Below are positions 1 to 11,500 of a stretch of 64,000 nt of DNA, piece by piece; position 1 is the stretch's first letter; each line of letters starts with the position of its first letter. Below the pieces are notes generated by a model, which was not told the DNA's origin, ran no database searches, and worked only from the letters and a program-made list of their open reading frames with translations. The stretch comes from Raillietiella orientalis (taxonomy: Eukaryota). The translations under genes and the position numbers were made by a program. Location of the stretch: assembly GCA_036172245.1 (NCBI GenBank), contig JAYWIR010000028.1:558001-622000 (forward strand), written 5' to 3'.

Positions 1-19
1 AGTAATAGGCAAGAAGCGA

Positions 20-700
20 CATGTTTGCCTTGCTGACGTCATTAAGACCGGAATTCAGTAACGTGATGGTGGCGCGCTGGCAAATAAAACTTGTCACTCG
101 CGCTGGCGGTAAATAAAGCGGAAAAAATTAGGGAAGAATTCTTAATATCTTTTGTAAACGGCAAATATTTACACGGCACGAGGTACATAAAAACACGCCC
201 ACTAAGGACTCTGTATAATCGCGCGTATGAGCTCAATGCATGATCACTCAAGTGTGTGAGGAGCAAACTGCGACCGGGAGAGCAAGGAGCACTCCGGCTG
301 CTGCGTCCCCCCTTTCCGCCTTCCACGTGGAAACCACGGATCCTCGGCGCGACGACACCTTACCTGGAGTCAACCCAGCGATCCTTCGTATGCTCCATGA
401 ACGCAGCTGACCAAGTTCCTGGACGCTCAGTCTTACTACACAGAGACCGTAGGCGAGGGTCACTCTGACGAAATCGGCCACCGTGTCATCGTCTTGTTTG
501 GTCGCACAGGTAATATCGCAAAACACGTCATTCGCCAGCAACGTCGAACGTTCGCCACATTTCACAGTATCACAGAGGTCGTAGATTCGTTCGGCATCGC
601 ACTGAAACTTCTTGCAAGGACTGAGATGTAAACAGCATGACCAGTAGCCAAACTGACTGCCGGAGGAATGTCTTTCCTTTTTCTGTTCCGAACGGACCGT
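20..700 (+). pseudogene. Degenerate CRESS/gemini-like Rep remnant (HUH trace plus SF3 helicase)
   Basis: One frame from 482 reads RVIVLFGRTGNIAK (Walker A-like), EVVDS (Walker B-like), then after two stops LTAGGMSFLFLF (compare geminivirus IKGGIPTIFLCN). Weak HUH traces upstream (FALLTS; EVHK/KHAH near 180-202). Confidence 0.4.
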
Positions 701-799
701 CACCGAAGAAGGACTATGGACACTTTGCTCGGCATTGCGAGTTTCCATGCAGCAGTGGGAAGAAGCCGATGCGTTCAGAGTCATTCGTTAGCTTACATC

Positions 800-1070
800 C
801 TTCAGGATCGGAGATTTTTTCATGATCGCTGCTTACAAATGTATCTTTTCGTCCGAGGGCTCTCCTATGACGGAGCAACGTAACACCACAAGCTGATGCA
901 GATGGTGCATCACTCCATGCTTTTCGCGCGTACACTAACTACAAAAAGCATCACAACTGTTTCCTGAAAGTACACAAAGGCCGAGTCATCGAAATTGCCA
1001 GGGAAACACAGTGCAGTCGCACACACACACACACACATGGAGTTGCGTACTGCCACCACGGACGTACAAA
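800..1070 (+). pseudogene. Possible Rep HUH-domain remnant
   Basis: ADADGASLHAF at 892-924 (compare motif II, HxDGGxHLHxF) and AYCHHG at 1045-1062 (compare motif III, YxxKDG) lie in the same frame. Confidence 0.3.
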
Positions 1071-1519
1071 GTGATATACGCGGGGGAGAGCCTTCGGGAG
1101 ATTGCATTTTGCTTCGTTTTTCACAAACTCCGAGAGAGCAGCGAGCACGTTGCTATAGGGGATGCATCACAACTCGTTCGCTATTGGAACTGCTTTTCAC
1201 ACACACACACACACACACATATATATGTGTATATACATATATATATGTTTACTTGTATGTTTGTTCGAAACAGTAAGCAAATGCAATGCGAAAATCATAC
1301 AAAGATGGAAACAAAATCTGATAACTTTATATATATATATATATATGTATATAATGATGATCAGAGATCAAGACCTTGCGTGGCGACTTTATTGTGAAAA
1401 AAACAAAAAAAAAAGGGGGGGCGGCGGGGAGGGGGGGGGGGAACAAAAAACAAAAAACAACAACAACAAAGAAAAAGGCAGTCTTTCCAGGGAGCACAGA
1501 GAGAGATGCACACATTGAT

Positions 1520-2491
1520 TTCTGGTTGCAAATGAATCGAAATGACTTACTGACTGCTCAAACATCCGTTCTTAATTAGGCATGCGGACAAAACGGAAAG
1601 CTACGGATTCTTATATGGCAAGAAATCGTGGGTTCGATCGGGTAAAGAAGCAAAAACTACGTCCCCACCATCAGCACACTATTCCATGATGTGGGATTAC
1701 ATACGGATTTCGATCCATCGGAAATCGGCCACACTCATACACCGCCACAGCTCTCTCGGCAAATACACTGCGAAGCTGTACTGATCGGATGAGCGCGGCT
1801 GCGGGAGAGTATATGGCACGAGCGGCAGCGTTAGCCTCCCTGCCGGGTTTACGGCCAAGCGCCGCTCAACCATACGTTGCCAGTGGTTACCGGTAAACTT
1901 TGTTTCTTGTTGCGGGCTGCTGCTGCTGCCCGCATTCCGGGATCGCGGGAACCGCACGCGCGGCCCCGGGTGGTCCCCGGAAGGCCCCGGGGGTCGCTCC
2001 CCCGGACGAACCGAACTTTCCCGAGTTTCGCGCGTTTTTCCTTGGGGGGGGGGGACTTTCCTTCTTTTTTCTTCCCCCCCCCCCGCAGCCCTCGACGGTA
2101 TGTCAATTCGGAGGAATCAATTGACGCAAGTTGGATATGTACAGACGTCTGTCGGAACGATTAGATATCGAATGCTCCTACCCCTTGCGGGAAATATACA
2201 CACCGTCGGAAAATGGGGGGGGGGGGGGGGGGGAAGGCCCGATTGGTTTTCCCTACTGTGCCTCATTATACACGTTTTCTGTATTGCTGCAGACTATTTG
2301 GGAGCCGAGAAATAAATATGCTCCTAAAATCACATTTTGCATTTGTGTTTGCTTTTCCATTCCGCCATCTTTTTCGCATCCGATGGACACGCATCCCCGT
2401 TATTCATCCCGGCTGCGATCGCTTGCCAGGAATTCATAAAAGGGTTTCATTTTGTTTTTGTTTCCCCCCCCCCCCCAATAACGCAAAGTAC

Positions 2492-2525
<34 letters not shown>

Positions 2526-3490
2526 TCTTTCCCATCTTTTCGACTGATCGAGAAAAAGCAATGAAACGTGGGGGGATATTTTTTTCCCCTTTATTTCTCT
2601 ATTTATTTCGGCGGAACGTGAATGGCGATTCCGACGCCTTCATTCATTCCCATTCCCACAAACTTTTCGGCGTTTCATTCACTTCGAATTCGCCACTGAT
2701 ATGGGCGAGGGCGGTATCTGATGGATCGCCCATCCGCTCGGAGGGAGCCTCGTCCACGCCAACGGGGGTTTCCCGGAGGAGAGAGGGGGGGGGGGGGCAG
2801 GCGGAGAGCATCCGCCCCCGGAAGCGTCCGCGGGGATAGCGAAAGGCCGTGGACGGTGGGCGGGCACGCTGGGATGCTGGGCGACCCAGCATCCCGCCAC
2901 GTCTCGTCCGGGATTCGAGGCGGGCGAACACGGTCAAGGGGAAGGCGCCTCCTCGGGCGACGTCCGCGGATGTGCCGCACATCCACGTGCTTTCCGCGCT
3001 CGTGCACGAAACGTGGGGGTGGCGTTTCATTCGTGTCCACTTTATTCGCCTGCAGTGTACGCACCTGGAAAAAGATTCTCAGCATCCAATAGGGATGCTG
3101 CTCTTTCGCTGTTGAACGAATTGGTCCGCGGCGTGATCGCTGCCTCCTTGCACGACCGTTCCGAATGCAAACTAAGATGCGATGCGATTTTCTTTCCTTT
3201 TTTTTCCCCCTCCCTCCGTACAAGTTGCAACAAATTGAGCGCATTAAACCCGATCCACGATTTGGGTGTACGCGATGGACCCTTTCCAAAAACCACGGCT
3301 GAACACCGTGCACGCTTTGCATTTTCCAAGTTTCGGGAATTCCTTGGAAATTTCGTTTCCGTGTTCGACGCGAAATGCACACTTGGCAAGCCTGCACGTA
3401 TAAATAGAAAACAGTACGAAAAGGAATACGGTACGGTATATTTGAAGCTTCAGCACTACGCTTTATACACTCCTGGATGCATTATTCCCC
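1520..3490 (+). pseudogene. rep: Degenerate Rep: HUH (1520-1895), HUH (2165-2460) and SF3 helicase (3030-3490), interrupted by intron-like or inserted segments
   Basis: HUH1: FWLQMNRNDLLTAQ (motif I-like, about 1520), GHTH (about 1725) and AQPYVAS (about 1870). HUH2: ML(L)/SYP near 2172, PH(I)HVFC at 2261-2282 with a 1-nt shift, and VIHPG at 2399. Helicase: PGKR 3064, NPIHDL, then KFREFLG 3328-3348 and KCTLGKPARI 3373-3402 (compare geminivirus HFKEFMG...CKYGKPVQI). Confidence 0.55.
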
Positions 3491-3699
3491 CCCCCCCCCC
3501 CCCCACCGTAATGCTCACTCGGTTGGATTCCCCCCCCCAAAAAAAAAAAAACAATCAATTTCTAAAAATCGTTCAATTCCAAAACGTAAGAGCCCTCGAT
3601 GGGATTGTGCTGAACACACCAAATCCAAATTGAAAACGTACCTTTCGATCGGTACTCTGTACACGAGAGAGGGGAATATATATATATGTATGTATGTGT

Positions 3700-4270
3700 T
3701 ACATCCTATGAATTTCATCCTGATGCGCCGGGGTTCCTATTCGGCAAGCGGTAGGGCATTCCTTTGCAGGACCACCTTGACGAACCGTCCCCATTCAACC
3801 ATTTCAGCCACGAACCACCGAAATCCACGCTATTTCGGGGATTCCCTCCACTGCAAGCCGCGAGGAAAGTGCGACTCCCTGCGATCGCAGCTCGCAAAAC
3901 CGCAAGCAATATCTGACCACCGACCACCGCTCGCCAACCGCAAGCAATATCTGACCACCGACCACCGCTCGCGCGACATTCACGGGTGGAAAAACAGTCT
4001 GTGGAAAGTGCACGGATGAAAACGGAAGGCGATTCCGAAATCCGTGGTCGGATCCGTCCACACACGCCATGTGCGCTTCCCCACTCTGCACAGATCGCCG
4101 CGCGGAACACGCGACGTGCACGCACAAATAAAGATGGCAGCCCAAATTGCCAAATTTTCTTTTCGTTTGGAGATGCCAAAACAATTTCAGCAATGTACCT
4201 CGTGTAAGGATGGCAATAAAAACGTTAGCTGTACCTTGCGAGTTCCACGTTCCGGCTGCCCGAGTTTGGG
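3700..4270 (+). pseudogene. Degenerate Rep remnant (HUH plus truncated SF3)
   Basis: DHLD/RPH near 3770-3795 (motif II-like), RNPRYF 3819-3836, QYLTTD (motif III-like), EGDS 4025-4036 (geminivirus Walker A begins EGDSRTGKT) and SCKDG near 4200 (compare NCKYG). Confidence 0.45.
3898..3972 (+). repeat. Perfect tandem duplication, 38-bp period
   Basis: AACCGCAAGCAATATCTGACCACCGACCACCGCTCGC occurs at 3898 and again at 3936. Confidence 0.95.
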
Positions 4271-4644
4271 TCGATATCGGAACACAATGGCTCCGGCCGG
4301 GCCAACAATGATCACGCTCGCAGAGCTGCCACCAGACAATCCTTATTTAATCGAATTGCGACTCTGGAAAATCGACCGATAAATGGATCAGGATCCTCCG
4401 AATTGCAGATCCTCCTCCCAATTTTTTTCTCCTTTTTTTTGGGGGGGGGGGGGGAATGCATCGCCTACAAAGTTAGTTGCCTGGTTGATTCTTCTGCGCC
4501 TTGGTGAGGGAGCACACCGCACACAAAGTCTAACAGACAAGAGCAATGGAAGCGGAGTCTTCCCAGCATCGAGGGCTCTCGCAGTGGTATTTAGTGCCTG
4601 ACGAGAGAAATCCCGAACCCAATAGTGGCTGAATGATAGCGAAA

Positions 4645-5010
4645 TGAGTTTCCCGTAAAAGCCAGCCAGTATTTTTAAATCCTATGGGAGAATCGGATCG
4701 GCATCGATTCCGGTCACTGGATCCTAGAGTCTCGAATTCTCTTTCCCTTACCAGTAGTATGAAAATCTTTGCTGCTGCTCTCTTAATGTTGGCGTCGTTC
4801 TCCCACCGTGCATATGCCACACCTTAACCTGATTCCTTCTGGCGCTGTATCGTCCTTTCAGTCTTCCAGTCTGCAACGCTTTCGTTTTTATTTAATTTCT
4901 CGTGAATTTTTTGCATGTCGTGATTTCATTTATCGGGCTGCTGCTGGCGGAAACAGCAACTGTTACGTCGTCTCATGGTGTTTCACGTCAGACATCAGAA
5001 ACGGATCTTT
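4645..5010 (+). pseudogene. Possible Rep HUH-domain remnant
   Basis: FPVKASQYF (motif I context), MPHLNLI near 4814 and FQSSSLQRFRFYLIS (compare KFQCxNxRFFDLVS). Confidence 0.35.
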
Positions 5011-5439
5011 TTGGTGCTCTTCCTGATGAAAAACGATCGTGCTAGATAATATATAGATAAGACTACTGAATTCCGAAATGAAACATTGAAACGGAGCAAA
5101 CTCACGTTGGAAACAACGAAGAATTCTCGGATTTCGTATGCAGTGGTGCATTGTACTCGGTGCATGCTGTCGTAATGGTGATTAGTACAGTTACAATTCC
5201 TCGCAATTATTTCACAATGTATTTACTCGGTACGTATTTCTGAAACGCGAGTTTAATTTAGAATTCATTGGCGACTTATTTCGAGTGATTTATCGAATAT
5301 CGAGTAACATCGTACACAAGAAATTGTGTATTTTCCTCACGAGACTTGAAACCTTCACCGATATTCATGTCCATAGCGAGCGTTGCTTCCTTCTTTTTTT
5401 TTTTTTTTTTTTTCTCTCTTGTTAAGAAGAGTATTCGTA

Positions 5440-6560
5440 ACAGTAACGCACTTGTTAACTACTTGAACATCTTGACTATACAGCATCTGATTTGCATTGG
5501 CTGCACAATGGCTTGTTTTCACGATTCCAACGAAATTTTCGAGTCCTTTTGGCACACATCTCAGCATTTTTCCAGGCTAAGTAATTCTAGACTATCGAAA
5601 AGATCACGACGCTTTCCTAGACATTTAGAGAGTTATCGTTACTTGATCCGACTGTGGATTTTCCAGATACAATCATTGCTTTTTCTTTCTTCTCTCTCTT
5701 TCCATTTTTTTTTTTTTTTTTTTTTTTTTTTCATTTTGCTTTATGACGTGGATTCATAGGTGTAAGAACTGTGTGATAAGAGTTGGACCTTTTCCATCAT
5801 CGGTAATCGATATGGGCGACCATGCTGACTGGATTATCGATGTGTTACGATTGCATCGCTTCTCGGCCTTTTGGCTAAGATCAAAGTGTGTGATGTGTCG
5901 CGGTCTTATTTCGTTTTTCAGAGCCTTTCCTTACGCAAAAGCGAGGCGCAGGAGAGAGAGTTTTGTTTATTCCCTTCCTCTCGGAAATCCACGACAACAT
6001 TCGGCGCTAACGGTAGCAATCTACAAATACGATGCAGCAGCGTGCATCGTATCGTGACTCCTGGTTCATTTATGACTTGTTCTGGGAGCCAAAGAAATGC
6101 CTGTGGTTGCGATTGAACTCCTGATGATAATAGCACAGTGCTCACTACGCTCGTCATATCTCTGGACCGGTCAGGATCTTTTGTGTTCTGCGGAAAGCCC
6201 TTCCGCCCCCCTCCCCCTCGTATGTCTTCCTCGTTTCAACAAGCACTGTTTTGCATTTGCTGCGTGTACGATGAGGTCACCATCACCCTTGCCTGGAAGT
6301 ACGCGGGGTCCACCCCATGAACATGCTGAAAACAATTCTATATCTGGATTATAAACAGGCAATTACGATAAGTCGGCCCACAAGAAGCGGATCTGATCCG
6401 CAGATTGCAAACAAACTACGGAGTGATACGTGGATGCGAAAAATTTCCGAAAGTTCATCATTCTGCTCCTTTCTTGCTTGCACTCCCTTCAGTACTTGCC
6501 ACCGAGATAATTCATTTTATTATCAGATTTCCCTTCCCATTCCGTTCTTCCTCTTTAGAT
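5440..6560 (-). pseudogene. Degenerate Rep: HUH (6560-6270), HUH (6110-5790) and possible SF3 remnant (5700-5440)
   Basis: HUH1: RIHV, YNPDIE 6353-6336 and AYF/KGDGD near 6300-6276. HUH2: AFLWLP near 6100, NVVVDFRE, FDL 5885-5877, IIQSAWS 5837-5817 (compare NIQxAKS) and IDY/DG near 5810. Helicase traces (MIVSGKSTVG, NFVG, CVTVTN) are weak. Confidence 0.45.
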
Positions 6561-6909
6561 TCTGAAACAACAGCTGTGATATCTCCCGTTCTGATTTACT
6601 ATCCGCATCTTCACGATCGTAAGCACCATTGCTAGAAATCTTAAGAATTTAAGGAACGGATACAGCCGATGCTATCCTGGGTGTTCTCTTCACGCTGGAC
6701 CTTTCCTCCACTTTATCACTCCCAATGAGAAATTTATCTGTATCCTGCAGCCTTGCTCACTTTTCCACAGCAATTGGACTCTTTCCATTTTATCAATGAT
6801 TCTTTTTTTTTTTTTTTCATATCCATTCTGTTTTTCATCAAACCGTAATGCCCTCTGAAGGTCTTTAGGTCATGATCTCTTGGTCAGGTATCATTCGTTT
6901 TGATTTTCC

Positions 6910-7200
6910 TGAATGCTTTCTCCATCCCACAAAGTGTGCACAAGACGCTCTTCGAAGTTTTGAAATGCTTCAACGTTGAATGGAAATAATCAAATGTTAA
7001 GTGGACCGTTGTTTCAACATCCATATGTACACATTCAGCATCCATTTCCCATCTAACATATGCATATTCATATTGTTCGGATTGGTCGGAATGCTCTTAG
7101 AAAAAACGCGAAAGCATTCATACATATGAATGGCTTTCGAGCTCGCCGTACGTGGAGTACCATCGGCATCCGGATGCATTATCTACGATATCTACTTTCC
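6910..7200 (+). pseudogene. Possible Rep HUH-domain remnant
   Basis: CFLHPTKC, HMHIHIV near 7057, RKNAKAF and HYLRYLL occur in plausible order. This could be chance. Confidence 0.2.
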
Positions 7201-7269
7201 ATTCAAATTCTTAAAGTAACTCAGGAGAAGAAAAAAAAAAAAAAAGACTCCCCTCTTTCTTTCTAAATC

Positions 7270-8810
7270 AATCTGATAACTTCGTCTGCAAATCTTGAAT
7301 ATTTCTTAGAGGGTTTTTTCCATTTCGATCCCAAGTATCCCAGTGGCATGTACCAACGCTTCCAAGTCCGCTCATCACCTCCCTGAAGAATCCTTGTTGC
7401 GAGTTCCATTCCAATTTGTGCTGGGAGAACAGATACCCCCAGGCGTCATCATCAACTCGGCTGGACAAATAGATAGGCAGTTGCGAACGATGGGGACAGC
7501 ACAGATCTGCTTGGGTTTCCGTGGCTGCGGGTGTGTATGACTTGGGAGTGGACGCGATGCCAAACACAATGTCCACCGAGGCTGCTCACAATGAGCCATC
7601 TTGAGTGCTACCTGCCATGGTATGAAAAAAATAGCTCATTGTGAACAGCGGGGTCCTATTAGGATTCCAATTAGCAAGATCCTATTCTCTCCTTGTGAAA
7701 TATTCGCATGGTCGTTACTATCAGAGGTTAGAAATTCGGGTAATCCAAACTCCCAGAATAGATAATTCCAAGGAATTGCCCCTGAAACCGGGATTCTCAC
7801 TGAATGACGATGAGTCTCCTCGTTCTAATGTCTCAAGAATAATGGGGCACTGCATTTTCCTGATTTGGGGATAAAAGAGATGCTCAGCCTTAAGATCGAA
7901 AACAAATAAGGGGAAACCTTTTGTTTCGGAAGCGAACAAACCAAGAGGCGAAATGAAATATATATATATATATATATGTATATGTGGAAGACTGGAAAGG
8001 TCGCTATGGAGATCAGATGAACCGGTTGAATGATTAGGATGTCTGCAAATAACAAATTTCTGTTTGCAAGCGAACAGCGGATGCAATCCTGTTCTCAAAT
8101 GTACCAACACTGATGAAGGGAAGAGATTAAGGGATGTGATAGATATCTTGCGCTTGAGTCATGATGAATACTTTTGTAAACAATAAAATAAGGACAGAAA
8201 GCTTGAATTATTTATTTTCGGTAAAAGTCATAATGCTAATGCTGGTAGCAGCTTTAATGTCTTGCTCCTCACCGGTTTCATATTGGCTGAAGACAAACGA
8301 TCGGTAGATGGGGATGTGCTGTTGGGACAGTTGTGAAGTATATAAGCTGTGTCTGTGTATTCGTTTGTACACGAGGCTACACAGCAATGGATTCCAAATG
8401 AATCATTAGATTGAGCTGTGCTAAAGCAAGGAGACTCGTAGTCATTATGACGTCAATTATAGTGAATGTCCTGTGACATGACCTTCGAAAAGATCAACAG
8501 ACAAAATGGGAAGGTAGCTGAAGACGTTTTGCCTTCCTTAGTGACCAACTGTCAAAATATGTGAATATGTACACATATACGTACATATGTGTGCACACAC
8601 GCCTCCCATAAACTAATCTTGCTACGTGCGTCGACCCTATGGATTCTGCATATTGGACACTGTCCCACGCCAGTTTGGCAGTATGCTGCATTCGCGAACC
8701 GAAATCCTTCCTCGATGGCATCCTCTGCAAACCATGCGTGAACTCACTATGCACACGTAAATTTGTGATGTATTGAAGGACAAACGTCAAGCTCGTCCTG
8801 AAAAGATACA
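7270..8810 (-). pseudogene. rep: Degenerate Rep: weak HUH (8810-8440), HUH (8180-7820) and SF3 helicase (7576-7270)
   Basis: HUH2: KVFIMTQAQ 8174-8148 (motif I), KFVICR...LPHIH 7990-7976 (motif II) and FDL...FYPQI 7900-7862 (compare FDL...FHPNI). Helicase: IVFGIASTPKS 7570-7538, then CPH...LSSRVDDDAWGY...FREVMSG...RNGKNP (compare GPH...LSPKVYSNDAWY...FKEFMG...KYGKP). Upstream HUH1: FVLQY, GSTHVARLVYGRR, YFD. Confidence 0.6.
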
Positions 8811-10259
8811 AAGCTTACCCGGAATTCGCATATTCATCTTCTGTGGTTCTGGTTCATCTTCGTTCTTTCACCTAAAACCTTTTTTCGCACCTTCCTGCTT
8901 TCCCTGCCGGGCGTAGGGTTTCTTGCCGAGGTCAGTGCTTCCACGCGCCCGTCCTGAACACTGGACCTCCTTGAGAGTCATCTCCCATGCTCGACCACGG
9001 ATTGCTCGCCTCTACCGTTGTGCGACTGGACGAGTGGCAAGGAGTGCGGCTCTGGTCCTGCCGGTCCACGTTCCAAGCGTCGGCAGGCCTGACTCCCCCG
9101 CCCGGCTTCCCTGCTCTTCCCTTCCTCTTCCTTCCCTCCTCCTCCTCTTCCGCCTCCCCGGCGGCAGCATCAGCAGCAGCAGCAGCAGATTCTCATGAAC
9201 GCCTGCCGGTAAAAGGCGCGACGCCCGTCATTTGCTCTTGCTCGTCCGTGCAGGCAACGTTTGTTCGCACCCCGCGCGCGCGAGACGTCTGGCTTCATCC
9301 GGGATGAGCGCCATCATTCATCCCGGCTCCGAACGGGGGAGAGACGGGACGTTTTTCGCTCTGCTTTTCTTTTTCCCGGAGGGGGGGGGGAGCGAGGCGG
9401 TAGAGGTCGAGTGGCGCGGCGTCGGATTCGCCCTCCCCGCTGCGGTCTCGCGGGCGCGCCGCGCCTGGCGCCAGCGCAAGTCTGCTCGGCAGCGTCTCTT
9501 CCCGCCTCCCCTCCCGCGGGCTCTGGACGCGTTCGGAGGCGAGTGCGGTTGCGAAGGACGCGTGGATGGTGATGACCCCCGTCTCCCCGTCGTCCTTCCG
9601 GAAGTCTCTCCGGTCGGAAGAGCCCCGCTCGCCCGGCTTTCGATCGGGCCGCGAGTTCATCAGCATCCTCTCCGGTGGCGCCGGCTGGCTCCACTCGCTG
9701 CGCGCGCTTCTTTCGAGCTCGACGGAGAGCATCGTTAGCGAGCACGCATGGTTGCATAGTAACGGGGGAAGCGTGTGCAGCTTCGTCTCGAATCATTCGC
9801 ACGGCCGCATCGCGTGTCTTCCGTGCTTTCTTCGCACGCTGCCTGCCGCACTGAGGCAACGCACTCCGCGGTCGCCGCAAGATGGTGCAACTGCTGTCTT
9901 CAAAGGACACGTTGGTCGTTTGTCAGCATGCGAGCGCACACCCACCACCGCTTCGCCGCTCGGCAGATACCAGCAGCAGCAGCAGCAGCAGCAAGCAAGC
10001 ATCTTTCTTCCCGTTTTGCCTCCGAACGTACCTTTTGGCGCTGGATGCTCGCTCCGCAGCTGTTTTTCAGGAGTGCGGATTCCTCGCATCTCCGAAAATT
10101 TCATCTGACTAATGGAAACAGCGAGGCGCGTCACAGAAAGCCCACGTGGCTTGTTTACGGATGCAGTGGCGAACCATGTGGCGCCCCTCCTCCTGTTGTC
10201 GGCCTTTTCAAAAATCGCACGAGAGGAAGGGGAATAAACATTGGGAAGTGGAGGCCGCA

Positions 10260-11500
10260 AGAGACGACTTGTTTTTCCTCTCGATTCCAAATTCACGGGG
10301 TCGCAGCGTTCGGATGTTCGTTTCCTTATTCCGGGAGGCGCTCGCAGGTATCCCGGGTTTTGGCAGGGCTCTGCGAGGAAGCCCGCTGGGGGTTACCCGC
10401 GTGCGGCCTCCGGGAACGAACACGTTCGGTCGACGCGTGACTTTTCCAAAAGGCGCGTATCACAAAAGCGGCGCGCGGGGCGCGCTGCGTGTGTGGATGC
10501 AGTTCCGCAACGCACGTTGCCTGGGGAACCAGTTTCCGGCGGGCAGTTTGCTTGCTGGTTCACGGATGAACACACGCGTGCACATCGCTGCAAGCCTATG
10601 TGGAAGTCGTTTGCAGGCGGTCGAAAAGCATCCGGCGCGTTGCCTAGAAGCCAGGCACTTTGGAGCATCAGGTCGCGACGATCGGTGCTTCTCCACGGTG
10701 TGCACACAAACACGGAGGGTTATGCACGGTATACACGGAATGGACGTGGCTAGCATGTAGCATGCGTGCTGAACAGAATTTGAAGCGGATGCTCTCCCAG
10801 TGCAACCCTCTTCAATCCAGGACATCTCACGATGCTTTGCTGTATTCAGCTGTGGTCTTCATCTGGGCATCCAGTTCCATGTTGACGTATTATGATTGAC
10901 CGCTTTCCCCCTCCCCCCTCCGTGAACGACGCTCACTTCAGCGGAAAATGGAACTTCTTTTATCCTGTCTTTTAGAACCATTTCGCTGTTTGCCGCTCTC
11001 CGTTACCGACTCCATCGGCACTTCCGCTTTTTTTACCTTGGCTTGACTCCGTGGAGCACACATCTTTGCGGTCCTGGCGATTTGTTTCCGTGTGCACGTA
11101 CATGTTAGGAGAGGAATCTTTCGCGGCGTACTTTCTCTCTTGTTCGGTCGTACAGAACCAGAACCCCCCCCCCCTCCCCCATTTCCCGAAAGGGATTCAG
11201 AATTCGCCACTGGGCAGGGGAAACTCGAAACCGACATTGTCTCTTCAGCGTCACCACCCGCTTGCACAACCAGTGCGAACTGACATCAGCGCTTGTAAAT
11301 GCCATCGCTAGCTCTTCGCCCTCTGCAGAACGTCAAATGCCAGAAGCTGCTGATACCCGAGCTGTGGGTCGACTGGATTGCTTTGCCCGGCGCAGAACTT
11401 ATCCGTTCGTTAATTCTCAAAGATGGTTCCGGTTCAAAACGGTTTCCTCCAGCAACGCCAGTCTCTTTACATGATGGAACCCTCTGGCTGCAACCGAACC
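10260..11500 (+). pseudogene. Degenerate genomovirus-like Rep remnant
   Basis: FFLSIP 10272-10289, GNEHV...DFSKR near 10415, ARHFGASGR near 10650, EGYARYTRNG 10715-10744 (compare KGYDYAIKDG), PERDS...GQGK near 11185-11223 and FVNSQRWF near 11410. Confidence 0.35.

Noticed and set aside
364..601. Minus-strand exon-like open segment with AG/GTAAG borders (CDAERIYDLC...)
   Set aside because: No recognisable protein and no partner exons. It is better explained as the antisense shadow of the plus-strand helicase remnant.
1789..1896. PAQR-like PYVASGYR motif
   Set aside because: No transmembrane exons follow, so the motif is isolated.
1640..3015. RNase P, 7SK or SRP identity for the GC-rich structured segments
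   Set aside because: Only short look-alike strings (e.g. GGGAAAGTTCGG on the minus strand). The required partner motifs were not found.
4759..4827. Signal-peptide-like MKIFAAALLMLASFSHRAYATP
   Set aside because: It stops after 22 codons, has no supported continuation and overlaps a Rep-like remnant.
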